A DNA stretch of 64,000 nucleotides from Neocallimastix sp. 'constans' (taxonomy: Eukaryota), in contig JBODTK010000140.1 in NCBI GenBank assembly GCA_050613775.1, forward strand, positions 62,001-126,000, in the 5' to 3' direction. The notes under the pieces are model-generated. The model ran no database searches, had not been told where the DNA came from, and worked only from the letters and a program-made list of their open reading frames with translations. A program made the translations under genes and the position numbers. Shown in pieces: positions 13,540 to 23,639 of the stretch. The number at the start of each line of letters is the position of its first letter. Position 1 is the stretch's first letter.

Positions 13540-13700
13540 GAGTCGTTATTTTTGAACATTATTTTATTATTATTATTATTATATGAGTCATTATTTTTGA
13601 ACATTGTTTTATTATTATTATTATATGAGTCATTATTTTTGAATATTATTTTATTGGTTTGGTTAATGGAAGTTGTCCTTCTCCCATCTATTGGTTTAAA
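9102..13700 (-). CDS. pol: Pol of H (protease, RT, RNase H, integrase), entered by -1 frameshift; RT motif mutated to YIDH
   Basis: Motifs FLDTCAS, WRMCVDFRALN, MPFGLCNAPATFQ, YIDH, TDAS, HHCC zinc finger, TDNGPQF and a GPY/F-like GPL. The frame is open upstream of the track ORF to the slippery site at 13694-13700. Confidence 0.93.
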
Positions 13701-15004
13701 TGTTTATTGAGCAATCCTTTTTCTTCCAATTCAGCCAATTGCTTAAATGTATAAGGACATTCTGAAGCTCTATGTCCATTCATTGTGCAACGGTAACAAT
13801 TCACATGGTTGTTATTATTGTTGTTAATTGAGTTTTTATTAGTTACTAAAGTATTACTGACATTATTATTTTCTATCCCATTGTTGTGATTATTTCCATT
13901 TTGATAATTAAAGGATTGAATCATATTATTTGTATTAAATTTATTATTGTTAAACATTTGGTTGTCATGTTCTTTATCATTATTTGTTATATTAATATTG
14001 TTGTTCAAATTGTTTAAATAATGATTCGTCTTATTGTCTCTTATTTCATTGGATGGCTGATTATTATTCATATTGTTCATATTATATTTGTTATTATTAT
14101 TCATATATTGATTAATATTATTACTGTGCCAAAATTTATTATAATTAAATCTACTATTATAACGATTTGTAAAATTTCCATAGTTCATTTTATTAATATC
14201 ATTTTTATTATTCAAGTAATAATTTGGATTATTATATGGATTACTCATGTGATATACATAATTTGAATTTCTGAAATTATTATTATTGTTCCATAATCTA
14301 GATTTAGAATTCCAATTATTTCTTTCCTGGAATATATTATTATTATGGTTCATAGGTAATTGATTTAACTGTAAGTTTTCGTAGAATGGATGTCGCATTA
14401 GTAAGCTATTATCCGGCTGATTCTGAGTAAACATAATATGATTCCTCATATTATTAATTTCATTTCTTTGATTTATATTTGCTATTTCTTTTTCAGTCTC
14501 CTCAGCTACTTCTGCAATTTTACACGCCTCATTTATTGTATCACATTCTGCAACCATAACTCTTGAGCATGGAAATACACGGGAGCTAATAGCATTCGTG
14601 TAGTCCTTTACAGATATAAGTCTTCTATATTCTAAACTGAGTTTATTATATAATTTTTTATATCTGTAATTAAACTTTTTAATTGATTCTTCTTGATTTA
14701 TTTGTATTGTTTTGAGAACTGCACATTTATCATTTTCTGTAATGTGCAAATGTTCTTCAATTGTATTTTGAATTTCTTTAAATGTGGGATATCTCATTTC
14801 ATCCCCTCGTCTGACTACCAATGATTGTAACGCTCCTTGAATATCTTCTTCCACAGCTTCCTTTACCCAAATAAAAATTCGTCTTGGTTCCATTATATCA
14901 TAAAGCTCCATTATCTTAACAAAGTCGGTCATCCAGCTGTCTACATCTTTTCCATAATCAGCCAGATGTGGTAGCTTCCTTTGCAGTTTAGTAGCGTCAA
15001 ACAT
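13688..15004 (-). CDS. gag: Gag of H (438 aa)
   Basis: Zinc knuckle CYRCTMNGHRASEC, clear homology to the J Gag, and position between PBS and pol. Confidence 0.92.
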   Translation of the reverse strand: MFDATKLQRKLPHLADYGKDVDSWMTDFVKIMELYDIMEPRRIFIWVKEAVEEDIQGALQSLVVRRGDEMRYPTFKEIQNTIEEHLHITENDKCAVLKTIQINQEESIKKFNYRYKKLYNKLSLEYRRLISVKDYTNAISSRVFPCSRVMVAECDTINEACKIAEVAEETEKEIANINQRNEINNMRNHIMFTQNQPDNSLLMRHPFYENLQLNQLPMNHNNNIFQERNNWNSKSRLWNNNNNFRNSNYVYHMSNPYNNPNYYLNNKNDINKMNYGNFTNRYNSRFNYNKFWHSNNINQYMNNNNKYNMNNMNNNQPSNEIRDNKTNHYLNNLNNNINITNNDKEHDNQMFNNNKFNTNNMIQSFNYQNGNNHNNGIENNNVSNTLVTNKNSINNNNNNHVNCYRCTMNGHRASECPYTFKQLAELEEKGLLNKHLNQ

Positions 15005-15146
15005 TGTAAAAAAAAATAATTACTTGATAAAAAAAAGAAAAATAAATGAAAGATTATATATAAAAAAAAAGTATTCTATTATGATAATTATATTGTAATT
15101 ATAATTTTCTTATTATTTTCATATTAATTTATTTGATCTTGCTTTC

Positions 15147-15164
15147 CCCCCACGTTGGGCGCCA
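15147..15164 (-). promoter_or_regulatory. tRNA-Lys(CUU) primer-binding site of H
   Basis: TGGCGCCCAACGTGGGG, the classic Lys1,2 PBS, 5 nt from the LTR. Confidence 0.92.
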
Positions 15165-16527
15165 AATTTTGATACGTTATTTCTATAAGTATCAATGTTT
15201 TTGTGGTTAGCAAGATTGTATTAAATAAAAATATATTCTAATATAAAAATATATAATTACAATACACGTTAATATTAAAACAAAATATAAAAAAAATTAT
15301 AGTTTTGTCGTTTTATTTATTTATTTAAATTATTTATGTCGTAATACAAATTTTATAATAAAATGTTATTAAAGATCTTATTAATTATTTATTTCTAACT
15401 AACTTATTACTATTAAAATTTTTGATAAATAAATATATTCCCCAAATATATTTATTTTAACCAATTTTATCTCTATTTTTTTTCAAATAAAAAAACCTCC
15501 TCTTCTTTAAAGAATTATAATAATTTTTCTTTTATATTTCTAATTTCTAATTTACTATAAATTAAATCCTATTGGCTATTAACTAATTAAATAAATTTAA
15601 TAATTTTTATATTACTATTTATTATTATAATATACATATATAATTTAACTAATTATTTATTATATTTAATTTTATTTCTTGATAATATTCTCTTTTTATT
15701 TAAATACTGCATCAAAAATGGTATGGTTCATATAATTTTAGGAATATAATAATAATTAACACAAATAATAAAATTACAATAAAAAAAAAAATAATTTGTT
15801 TTAAAATCAATGTTTATTTATTTAAATTTATAAAAGAAAAATAATAATATAATTATTTATTTAATAAAAGTAAGTTATTGATTATATTTTATTTCACTAA
15901 AAATTACATGTATTTATATTTTTTTATCAAATTAAAATTTGTAAAGCCTAACTATTTTTTTAATAAACTAATTACTAATTATTTTTATAAATAAAACATT
16001 TAAATTGAAATTGAATTATTATTTTAGTTAATAATATTATTGTTATAAATAGTAGTTATATATTATTGAATTATTAATTATTTAATAATAGTTTAATACT
16101 AATATATATAAAATAAAAATAAAGAGATTATACAGAATATTTTATTGTGGTTTAGTTAAATTTAGTAATTAAAAATAAATTTAAATTGATAACGAAAATT
16201 TTAATAACTAATTAAATAGATTTGATTATTTTCAATATAACATAATACAAAAGAAATATAATATTAATATATTAAGTGGGCAAGGACAATATTGGCTAAA
16301 GATTTTTAATACATTATATGGAATCGGATCGATAATTCAAAAAGGAATTATAAGTTAATTGGTGATTTATTAACTTAAGATTTCTATTTAGTAATATTTG
16401 AAGAATATTGGAAAGTTCCAATTATATAGAATAGAATAATCTATAAGGTTAGAATAATTTATATTATTCTAGCACAATTAGTATTATTTGTTCATTCTGT
16501 ATTAAGATGCCCCCGCTAAGACTCAAG

Positions 16528-19500
16528 CTAGGTAGAAGCTGAGTTAAACTTGACAATATTTTTCAAATGAACATTACGATTCATTTGTATATTAGTAGCA
16601 GGATCAGCTAAAGTGACTGTATTGAATTGTTTCTTTACCACTTTCATAGGTCCAACAAAGTAAGGTTCTAATTTAGTTCGATTAAAGTTTCTTACTAGTA
16701 CTAAATCACCTGGTTTTATTCTTTTAGCTTGATTCATACTGGTCATTTCTTCTCTCCTAGTAGCCCAATACTTCGAAGCATTTTTGATATTAGATGCGGC
16801 CTCCATTACCCATTGGTAGTGTGATACAAATTTTTCCAGTAGAATTTCGTCAGAAGACTTATTTATACCCTTAGTTGGTCTGGCAGCAATGTCAAAAGGT
16901 TGTTGGTCCTCCCTTCCATAAACTAATTCAAAGCTTGAATGGTTGGTAATTGAGTTTTTAGTAGTTCTTAAAGCCCAAAGTGCAGATGGTAAAATTTCAT
17001 CCCACTCTTTGTGTTGTTGTCCTAGTAATCGTAATAATTTTCCAATTTCTTTATTACGATTCTCAACTAAACCATTGCTTTCAGGATGATATGGAGTGAT
17101 AAATTTAACATATACATCATATAAATCAAGGAAGATTTTTGTCATATCTGATGTAAATTGTGTTCCATTATCAGTAGTGATAATTTGAGGTACACTGTGT
17201 CGAGCAAATACATTAATTAAAAATTTTATCACATCCTGAGAAGTAACATTTTCAGTGGGCTCTGCCTCAACCCATTTAGTAAAATAATCAACCACAACGA
17301 TTATATATTGATTATTATTTCTGGTTTTACTTAGAGGTCCTATAATGTCCAATCCTAAGTGTGTAAATGGTCCTTCCACTTCAGTTGGTTTATCTTCTGT
17401 TGGTTCAGGGTATGGTTGAGATTTATTTAATTGACATTTTTCACATTTACCTATAATTCGCTTAATGTCATTAACCATATTGTTCCAATAGTAGCTCTTT
17501 TTCAAACGTTGATATGTCTTGTAATAGCCTTCGTGTCCTATACTGTGCGCTTGAAAAATTAATTGAAGTTTTTCTTTTGTATCTGTAACTAATTTTCTAT
17601 AATTATTGCCATCAACAAAGTAGTCCACACCATCAATTGTCGTAAATTTTTCTTCAATAAATTCCTTAATGGTTCTTGAAAGCAGGTTTTCATCTTGTTC
17701 TTTGATAATTTGTGTTGTTAAGATAACTTTTTCTTTTTCATTTTTCATTCTTGATAAAGCGTCTGCAACAACATTATTCTTCCCAGCTTCATATCGTAAA
17801 TCAATTCCTAACATACTGACAGTCAAACACCATCTTGTATGGCGAGAGTTTTGTGGTTCCTTATTTTTAAGTAATCCGATTAAGGGTCTATGGTCTGTAT
17901 ATACTATAGTTTGCTTAGGATTTCCCATAATATAAGATTTTAATTTATTAATACAGTAAATTAGAGCGGCACCTTCTAGATCCGTAATTCCATAATTCTT
18001 TTCCGATTTAGATAAACTTCTACTAATATAATGAACCGGATGCTCCTTTCCAGTTTCATCATCCTTTTGTAAAAGCACACCGCCTATTCCATCATAGGAA
18101 GCATCTGTTCTTATAATAAATTCTCTATCAAATCTAGGAAATCTTAATATTGGGGCATTGATTAATCTTTCCTTAAGAATTTTAAAACTTTCTTCTTGTT
18201 CCTTTTTCCATTCAAACTTAATACCTTTTCTTAATAGAGTGCAGAGAGGAGCAGTAACTTTTGCAAAGTCCTTAATAAAATTTCTATAATATCCAATGGC
18301 TCCTAAAAATGATCGAAGTTCATGAATGTTAGAGGGAGCCTTCCATTCTTTAATAGCTTCAACTTTGTTTTCCAATGGACTTAAACCTTCTGAGGATACT
18401 TTATGTCCAAGTACTTCTACTTCAGTTTGCATGAAAGAACACTTTTCGATATTGATTTTTAACTTATGTTCCTTGAATATTTCTAAGACTTGTTTAAGAT
18501 GTTCTAGGTGTTCTTCTTCAGTTCTTGAGTAGATTAAAATATCATCGATAAAGTTATAGACGCATTTTCCTATTAAGGGAAATAGTATACGGTTCATTTC
18601 TCTTTGGAATGTAGCTGGAGCACCTGTTAAACCGAAGGGCATTACCTTGAATTGGTAGTTTCCGAACTTAGTTGTAAAGGTAGTGATTTCAACACTATCA
18701 TCATCCATTAATATTTGATGATAACCGGAATAAAGATCTAATGTTGAGAAGATTTTTGCTCCATCTAAGCTATCAAAAATTTCCTCAATATTTGGTAAAG
18801 AATAAGAATCCTTCTTAGTTGCTTCATTTACTTTCCTATAGTCAATACACAGGCGCCATTTACCGTTCTTTTTAGGCACAAGTACTACTGGTGATGACCA
18901 TTCTGAACATGAAGGTTCAATTAATCGTTTATATATGAGTTTGGTTAATTCTTCTTTTAAGATATCTGTTTTTAATTTACTAAGTCGATAAAATTTTTGT
19001 TTAATAGGTTTAACTCCTTCCTTAAGAATAATTTTGTGTGGTGATAAATCTGAAGGTGTTAATTCTTCAGAAGAAGTTGCAATTATATCAATATATTCTT
19101 CAAGTAATTTAGTAATAGCTTCTCTATAATTTGAATTAATTGTACTTTGAAAAACTGTGTCATATATATATTTTATGGGTGGTAATCCTTCAATCGTTTT
19201 CAATTGTTGCTTAGCTTCTTGGTGATTCAATGCTTTGATTACACATAATAATTTTTCTTCGTCATCATATTCATTATTAATAGGTGCGATTTCTTCAATT
19301 AAACCTTGATCATTAAATCGATTAAGACTATATCTAATTGGATGTATAAATAACTGGTTATCAATTTGAGTTTTGAGGTTGATTAATATATCATAGAATG
19401 GATCCTCCTTGTCTATAATTCTACACGTAACAAGTAGTTCTAGTTCATTAATTTTTACGGGAACTTTGATTAACACATCTTCTGAGTAATCATCATTCAG

Positions 19501-20532
19501 CGTTGCTAAACGTATTCGTCCTGCACTAACTCCTATAGGTTCATACTGATAAGGTAATTTATCTAAAAATTGCTTTGTGATAATACTTAAGTTGCTACAT
19601 GAATCTATTAAAGCCTTACCACGAACTCCATCTACTATTACATCAACCATAGCAATATCATCTTCTTGTGGTTCATGATGTTTACTTTTATATGTATGAT
19701 CTATATTGTTCGTTATTATTGTAGTAGCACACATATTATCCACTGCACCTGAAATTTTAGTATTATTCTTTTCTAATTTAAGTCCTTGTGATACTTGAGA
19801 CCGTATCTTTGGAGCAACGTCCAATAATTGTCCAAATGTAATATTGCAATTACTGGAGTTTAAATCTTTGATCACGTCATAACTATCACAATCAGTTTGC
19901 ATTTGTATTCTTCTTGGAATTCTAGTTGGCATAATTTCAGTTGACTTTTCTGATGATTTTTCTTGAATTAATTTATTTAAAGTTTGTTTAGAATTATTTT
20001 CTTCCTGAGAAGTTTCTTCATTAATAACATTAACATTACTATTATTATTATTATTTTCCACAGAAGTACTAGTACTAGCTCTTTCCTTATCTCTTAGCTC
20101 TTTCTCAATTCTCATTTCTTTTTCTATTCTAGGTTGAACCATAATCGAAGGATGTAATTGAGTTGTTGGCTTTTTGACTGGTCGCGATGTTCCCCTTAAT
20201 TGATTTTCTTTTTGTTTTCGTAAACCTGGAGTAACTATTGGCTTAGGATCATCTCTTAGACTACGGTGAACCCTCTTTTCTCTTTGGTCACTAGTCTCTT
20301 CATCTTTAGGATTTGCCTTTCTCTTTATAACGTTTACTAAGTAATCCAATTCTTTGGAACCATCCGACTCATCATCAAAATCTTCGTAATAATCCGTAGT
20401 AGTACCTTCTTGGAAATCAGCAATTTCTTCATAATCATCATCTTCTTTTAAGTCAACTGTTTTGGGACGATGGCAGACTGAAGCAATTTTTTTGACGATG
20501 GGAGTGCTTCTACTCCCTTTTAGTGGTTTAAA
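16528..20532 (-). CDS. pol: Pol of G (protease, RT, RNase H, integrase), entered by -1 frameshift
   Basis: Motifs ALIDSCS, WRLCIDYRKVN, FIDD, TDAS, HHCC and TDNGTQF; no chromodomain. The frame is open from the slippery site at 20526-20532. Confidence 0.94.
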   Translation of the reverse strand, partial: FKPLKGSRSTPIVKKIASVCHRPKTVDLKEDDDYEEIADFQEGTTTDYYEDFDDESDGSKELDYLVNVIKRKANPKDEETSDQREKRVHRSLRDDPKPIVTPGLRKQKENQLRGTSRPVKKPTTQLHPSIMVQPRIEKEMRIEKELRDKERASTSTSVENNNNNSNVNVINEETSQEENNSKQTLNKLIQEKSSEKSTEIMPTRIPRRIQMQTDCDSYDVIKDLNSSNCNITFGQLLDVAPKIRSQVSQGLKLEKNNTKISGAVDNMCATTIITNNIDHTYKSKHHEPQEDDIAMVDVIVDGVRGKALIDSCSNLSIITKQFLDKLPYQYEPIGVSAGRIRLATLNDDYSEDVLIKVPVKINELELLVTCRIIDKEDPFYDILINLKTQIDNQLFIHPIRYSLNRFNDQGLIEEIAPINNEYDDEEKLLCVIKALNHQEAKQQLKTIEGLPPIKYIYDTVFQSTINSNYREAITKLLEEYIDIIATSSEELTPSDLSPHKIILKEGVKPIKQKFYRLSKLKTDILKEELTKLIYKRLIEPSCSEWSSPVVLVPKKNGKWRLCIDYRKVNEATKKDSYSLPNIEEIFDSLDGAKIFSTLDLYSGYHQILMDDDSVEITTFTTKFGNYQFKVMPFGLTGAPATFQREMNRILFPLIGKCVYNFIDDILIYSRTEEEHLEHLKQVLEIFKEHKLKINIEKCSFMQTEVEVLGHKVSSEGLSPLENKVEAIKEWKAPSNIHELRSFLGAIGYYRNFIKDFAKVTAPLCTLLRKGIKFEWKKEQEESFKILKERLINAPILRFPRFDREFIIRTDASYDGIGGVLLQKDDETGKEHPVHYISRSLSKSEKNYGITDLEGAALIYCINKLKSYIMGNPKQTIVYTDHRPLIGLLKNKEPQNSRHTRWCLTVSMLGIDLRYEAGKNNVVADALSRMKNEKEKVILTTQIIKEQDENLLSRTIKEFIEEKFTTIDGVDYFVDGNNYRKLVTDTKEKLQLIFQAHSIGHEGYYKTYQRLKKSYYWNNMVNDIKRIIGKCEKCQLNKSQPYPEPTEDKPTEVEGPFTHLGLDIIGPLSKTRNNNQYIIVVVDYFTKWVEAEPTENVTSQDVIKFLINVFARHSVPQIITTDNGTQFTSDMTKIFLDLYDVYVKFITPYHPESNGLVENRNKEIGKLLRLLGQQHKEWDEILPSALWALRTTKNSITNHSSFELVYGREDQQPFDIAARPTKGINKSSDEILLEKFVSHYQWVMEAASNIKNASKYWATRREEMTSMNQAKRIKPGDLVLVRNFNRTKLEPYFVGPMKVVKKQFNTVTLADPATNIQMNRNVHLKNIVKFNSAST

Positions 20533-21437
20533 TAATTTTCATAAAACTTCTTGCGGTTATTTTCCAATATAGAATTTAATTTAGGACAGTTTCGTTTGGT
20601 ATGTCCTTCATTGCTACAAAACCAGCAAGTACTAATTTTCATTTCTTTCATCTTGTTAGTGAGATTTTCTATAGATACATTTTTGTGGGTTTTTGGTTTG
20701 TTAAAATCATTTGAAATGTTCTTATTAAAATTACTTTTAGAGTTAAGGAGATTGTAACGAGTCTTATCATAATATTCAGTACTATTTTTAATAGATAAAC
20801 GATCAACTTTTTCAGCTATAGCGAATGCTTTGGTAATAGAAATATGGTCTTTAAGCATAACCTTTCTCCATGCGTCAGGATTATTGGTTAAGGAATCTGC
20901 ATAATCTAAAACACTAATTTTTCTTCTTCTCTTTTTATCCAATTTATGGTACAAAGATCTATAACGGACATTAAAATCTTTAACTTTCTCGTTCTTCTTT
21001 ATTTTCATGGAACGCAATTCTCGTAACAAGTTGGTTTGATCTTCTTTAAGTCCATAGAAAGTCTTCAGATGATTTATGATTTCATCAAGGCTTGGGTAGG
21101 TGGTAGTAGATTCACTTTCTTCATCATCTTCTCCTTCACTATCGCTATCGAAATCAGAATCTTCATCTTCAGTAAGGTCATTTCCATCTTCTAGTTCTTG
21201 GATAATTTCTCTTGGTTCTCCAGAAGCCGTTAATATACAAGCAGTAAAAATAGTTTCAGGATCCTTGATATGTTGGTATTTTATCCATGCCTTTAACTCA
21301 TTTGCCCAGGAGTTGATGTCAAGGTTTTGTTTAGTAAGCTTTTCAAAATCTTTTAATTCTTTCTTTAATTCTCTGAAGCTAAGCTTACTTTCTGGAGTAC
21401 TCTCTGTTGGAGTACTGGAAGTACTGGATGTTCTCAT
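20520..21437 (-). CDS. gag: Gag of G (305 aa)
   Basis: Zinc knuckle CWFCSNEGHTKRNC and capsid-region similarity to the Gags of H, J and B. Confidence 0.92.
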   Translation of the reverse strand: MRTSSTSSTPTESTPESKLSFRELKKELKDFEKLTKQNLDINSWANELKAWIKYQHIKDPETIFTACILTASGEPREIIQELEDGNDLTEDEDSDFDSDSEGEDDEESESTTTYPSLDEIINHLKTFYGLKEDQTNLLRELRSMKIKKNEKVKDFNVRYRSLYHKLDKKRRRKISVLDYADSLTNNPDAWRKVMLKDHISITKAFAIAEKVDRLSIKNSTEYYDKTRYNLLNSKSNFNKNISNDFNKPKTHKNVSIENLTNKMKEMKISTCWFCSNEGHTKRNCPKLNSILENNRKKFYENYLNH

Positions 21438-21921
21438 AAAATAAAATTTATTGTATCTATAGAATGCTAAACCTCGTAATGTATAAATTGTTATAAAAAA
21501 GTAAAAATAAAAAAAATTAAAAAAAATAAATCTTTTAACTAATAAAATTATTAATTATTTATTATTATTAATCACTTATTAAATTATAATAATCGTGCAA
21601 TCTGATAGTACACACTGTCTGACGTGCAGCTTACCTCTTGAAAGGTGTCATGCCACGCGTGTGCCACGGTTACTATTTTCAATATAAAAAATAGCAGTCC
21701 AGAGCCTACTAGCCCAATTACTATGTAGGATAAACTTAACCCGGAAATCTATGCACGAATATTAGTTTAATTTAATATTAATTAATATTTTTAACAATTA
21801 ATAATAATTAGTTAAAAATATAAAAATTGTTTTCTTTTTTTAAAAAAAATATTTGTTTTATTAGAAAAATTATTTATTAATATTATAATTTTATCCCCAA
21901 TGTATTAATTTATTATTATAT

Positions 21922-21939
21922 TCCCCGATATCTCCACCA
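21922..21939 (-). promoter_or_regulatory. tRNA-Ala-type primer-binding site of G
   Basis: TGGTGGAGATATCGGGGA, 8 nt from the LTR. Confidence 0.8.
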
Positions 21940-22741
21940 ATTTTTCATGGTATGGTTCATATAATTTTAGGAATATAATAATAATTAACACAAATAATAA
22001 AATTACAATAAAAAAAAAAATAATTTGTTTTAAAATCAATATTTATTTATTTAAATTTATAAAAGAAAAATAATAATATAATTATTTATTTTATAAAAAG
22101 AAAGTTATTGATTATATTTTATTTCACTAAAATTACATGTATTTATATTTTTTTATCAAATTAAAATTTGTAAAGCCTAACTATTTTTTTAATAAACTAA
22201 TTACTAATTATTTTTATAAATAAAACATTTAAATTGAAATTGAATTATTATTTTAGTTAATAATATTATTGTTATAAATAGTAGTTATATATTATTGAAT
22301 TATTAATTATTTAATAATAGTTTAATACTAATATATATAAAATAAAAATAAAGAGATTATACAGAATATTTTATTGTGGTTTAGTTAAATTTAGTAATTA
22401 AAAATAAATTTAAATTGATAACGAAAATTTTAATAACTAATTAAATAGATTTGATTATTTTCAATATAACATAATACAAAAGAAATATAATATTAATATA
22501 TTAAGTGGGCAAGGACAATATTCTTGGATAAAGATTTTTAATACATTATAATGGAATCGGATCGATAATTCAAAAAGGAATTATAAGTTAATTAGTGATT
22601 TATTAACTTAAGATTTCTATTTAGTAATATTTGAAGAATATTGGAAAGTTCCAATTATATAGAATAGAATAATCTATAAGGTTAGAATAATTTATATTAT
22701 TCTAGCACAATTAGTATTATTTGTTCATTCTGTATTAAAAA

Positions 22742-23334
22742 TGTTGAGGTTCATATTAGAAAAGGAGTGTGAACATTAAATAAATAGATAAATTAAATAA
22801 CTATTAAATTACACTAAAAGAATTTATCATTACACATTATAAATTTTATTTAAAGAACTATTATTAAAAATATTTATTATTTATAAATTATATAATTATT
22901 TTATTGTTAAAAATAACTTTATTAATATTAATATTTATTATTATAACAATATGGGAAACCTTTCAATTATTATTCCTATTTCATTATCACTACTATTTCT
23001 ACTATTTATTTTCTCAGAAAGGCCCCCTTCATAAAATAATATGGATAATACATATTTTATATTATTTAATTACATTATTAAAACCAATCACATAAATTAA
23101 TTAATTACATAAATTTAATATTTAAAATAATAAAAAATAACTAATATAAAAATTATTAATATAGAATATAAGAAAATTATTAATAGTAAAGAATATAATA
23201 ATATATTTTTATATAATAAATTATTAAAAATTTAATTAAAAATATCATTATTATTCTATTCTTTATCATGATGCCCCCGCTAAAACTTTTGCTATAGTAT
23301 AGCAAAGGCAAATTTTCTTATATTATTAACTAAA

Positions 23335-23378
<44 letters not shown>

Positions 23379-23608
23379 AACTATATAACTAAATAAAAAT
23401 ATAAATTTTTTTTTTTTATATATATAATATTATCATTATTTCTTAAATTTTAAAATTTTTGTATATTTTAAAATATATTTTAATATATGTATTAATTGAA
23501 ATATTTAAATTAAATAATTTAATTTATATATTACCATATATTAAAAATTTTTCATAATAATTTTTAAAAGTTCCAAAAATTTCAGGATCAACTTGGATTG
23601 TACCAAAA

Positions 23609-23639
<31 letters not shown>

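Larger units (their letters stand above)
7004..15714 (-). mobile_element. Element H: full-length non-chromoviral Ty3/gypsy retrotransposon
   Basis: 545-bp LTRs at 7004-7548 and 15170-15714 with one mismatch seen. AAAA TSD, tRNA-Lys PBS, PPT AAGCGGGGG, gag and pol ORFs. Confidence 0.96.
15719..22737 (-). mobile_element. Element G: full-length non-chromoviral Ty3/gypsy with TA...CA LTR termini
   Basis: LTRs at 15719-16504 and 21948-22737 with about six differing sites by eye. AAAA TSD, PBS at 21922-21939, PPT AGCGGGGG, gag and pol ORFs. Confidence 0.95.

Noticed and set aside
9154..21444. Short opposite-strand or alternate-frame ORFs overlapping gag/pol (also those within 27996-45910)
   Set aside because: Shadow ORFs of A-rich coding strands, and Ile-rich translations of AAT repeats.
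21601..21660. Hammerhead ribozyme in the G leader
   Set aside because: CTGATAG and CTGACGT do not fit the CUGANGA core, and the three-stem arrangement around GAAA was not found.
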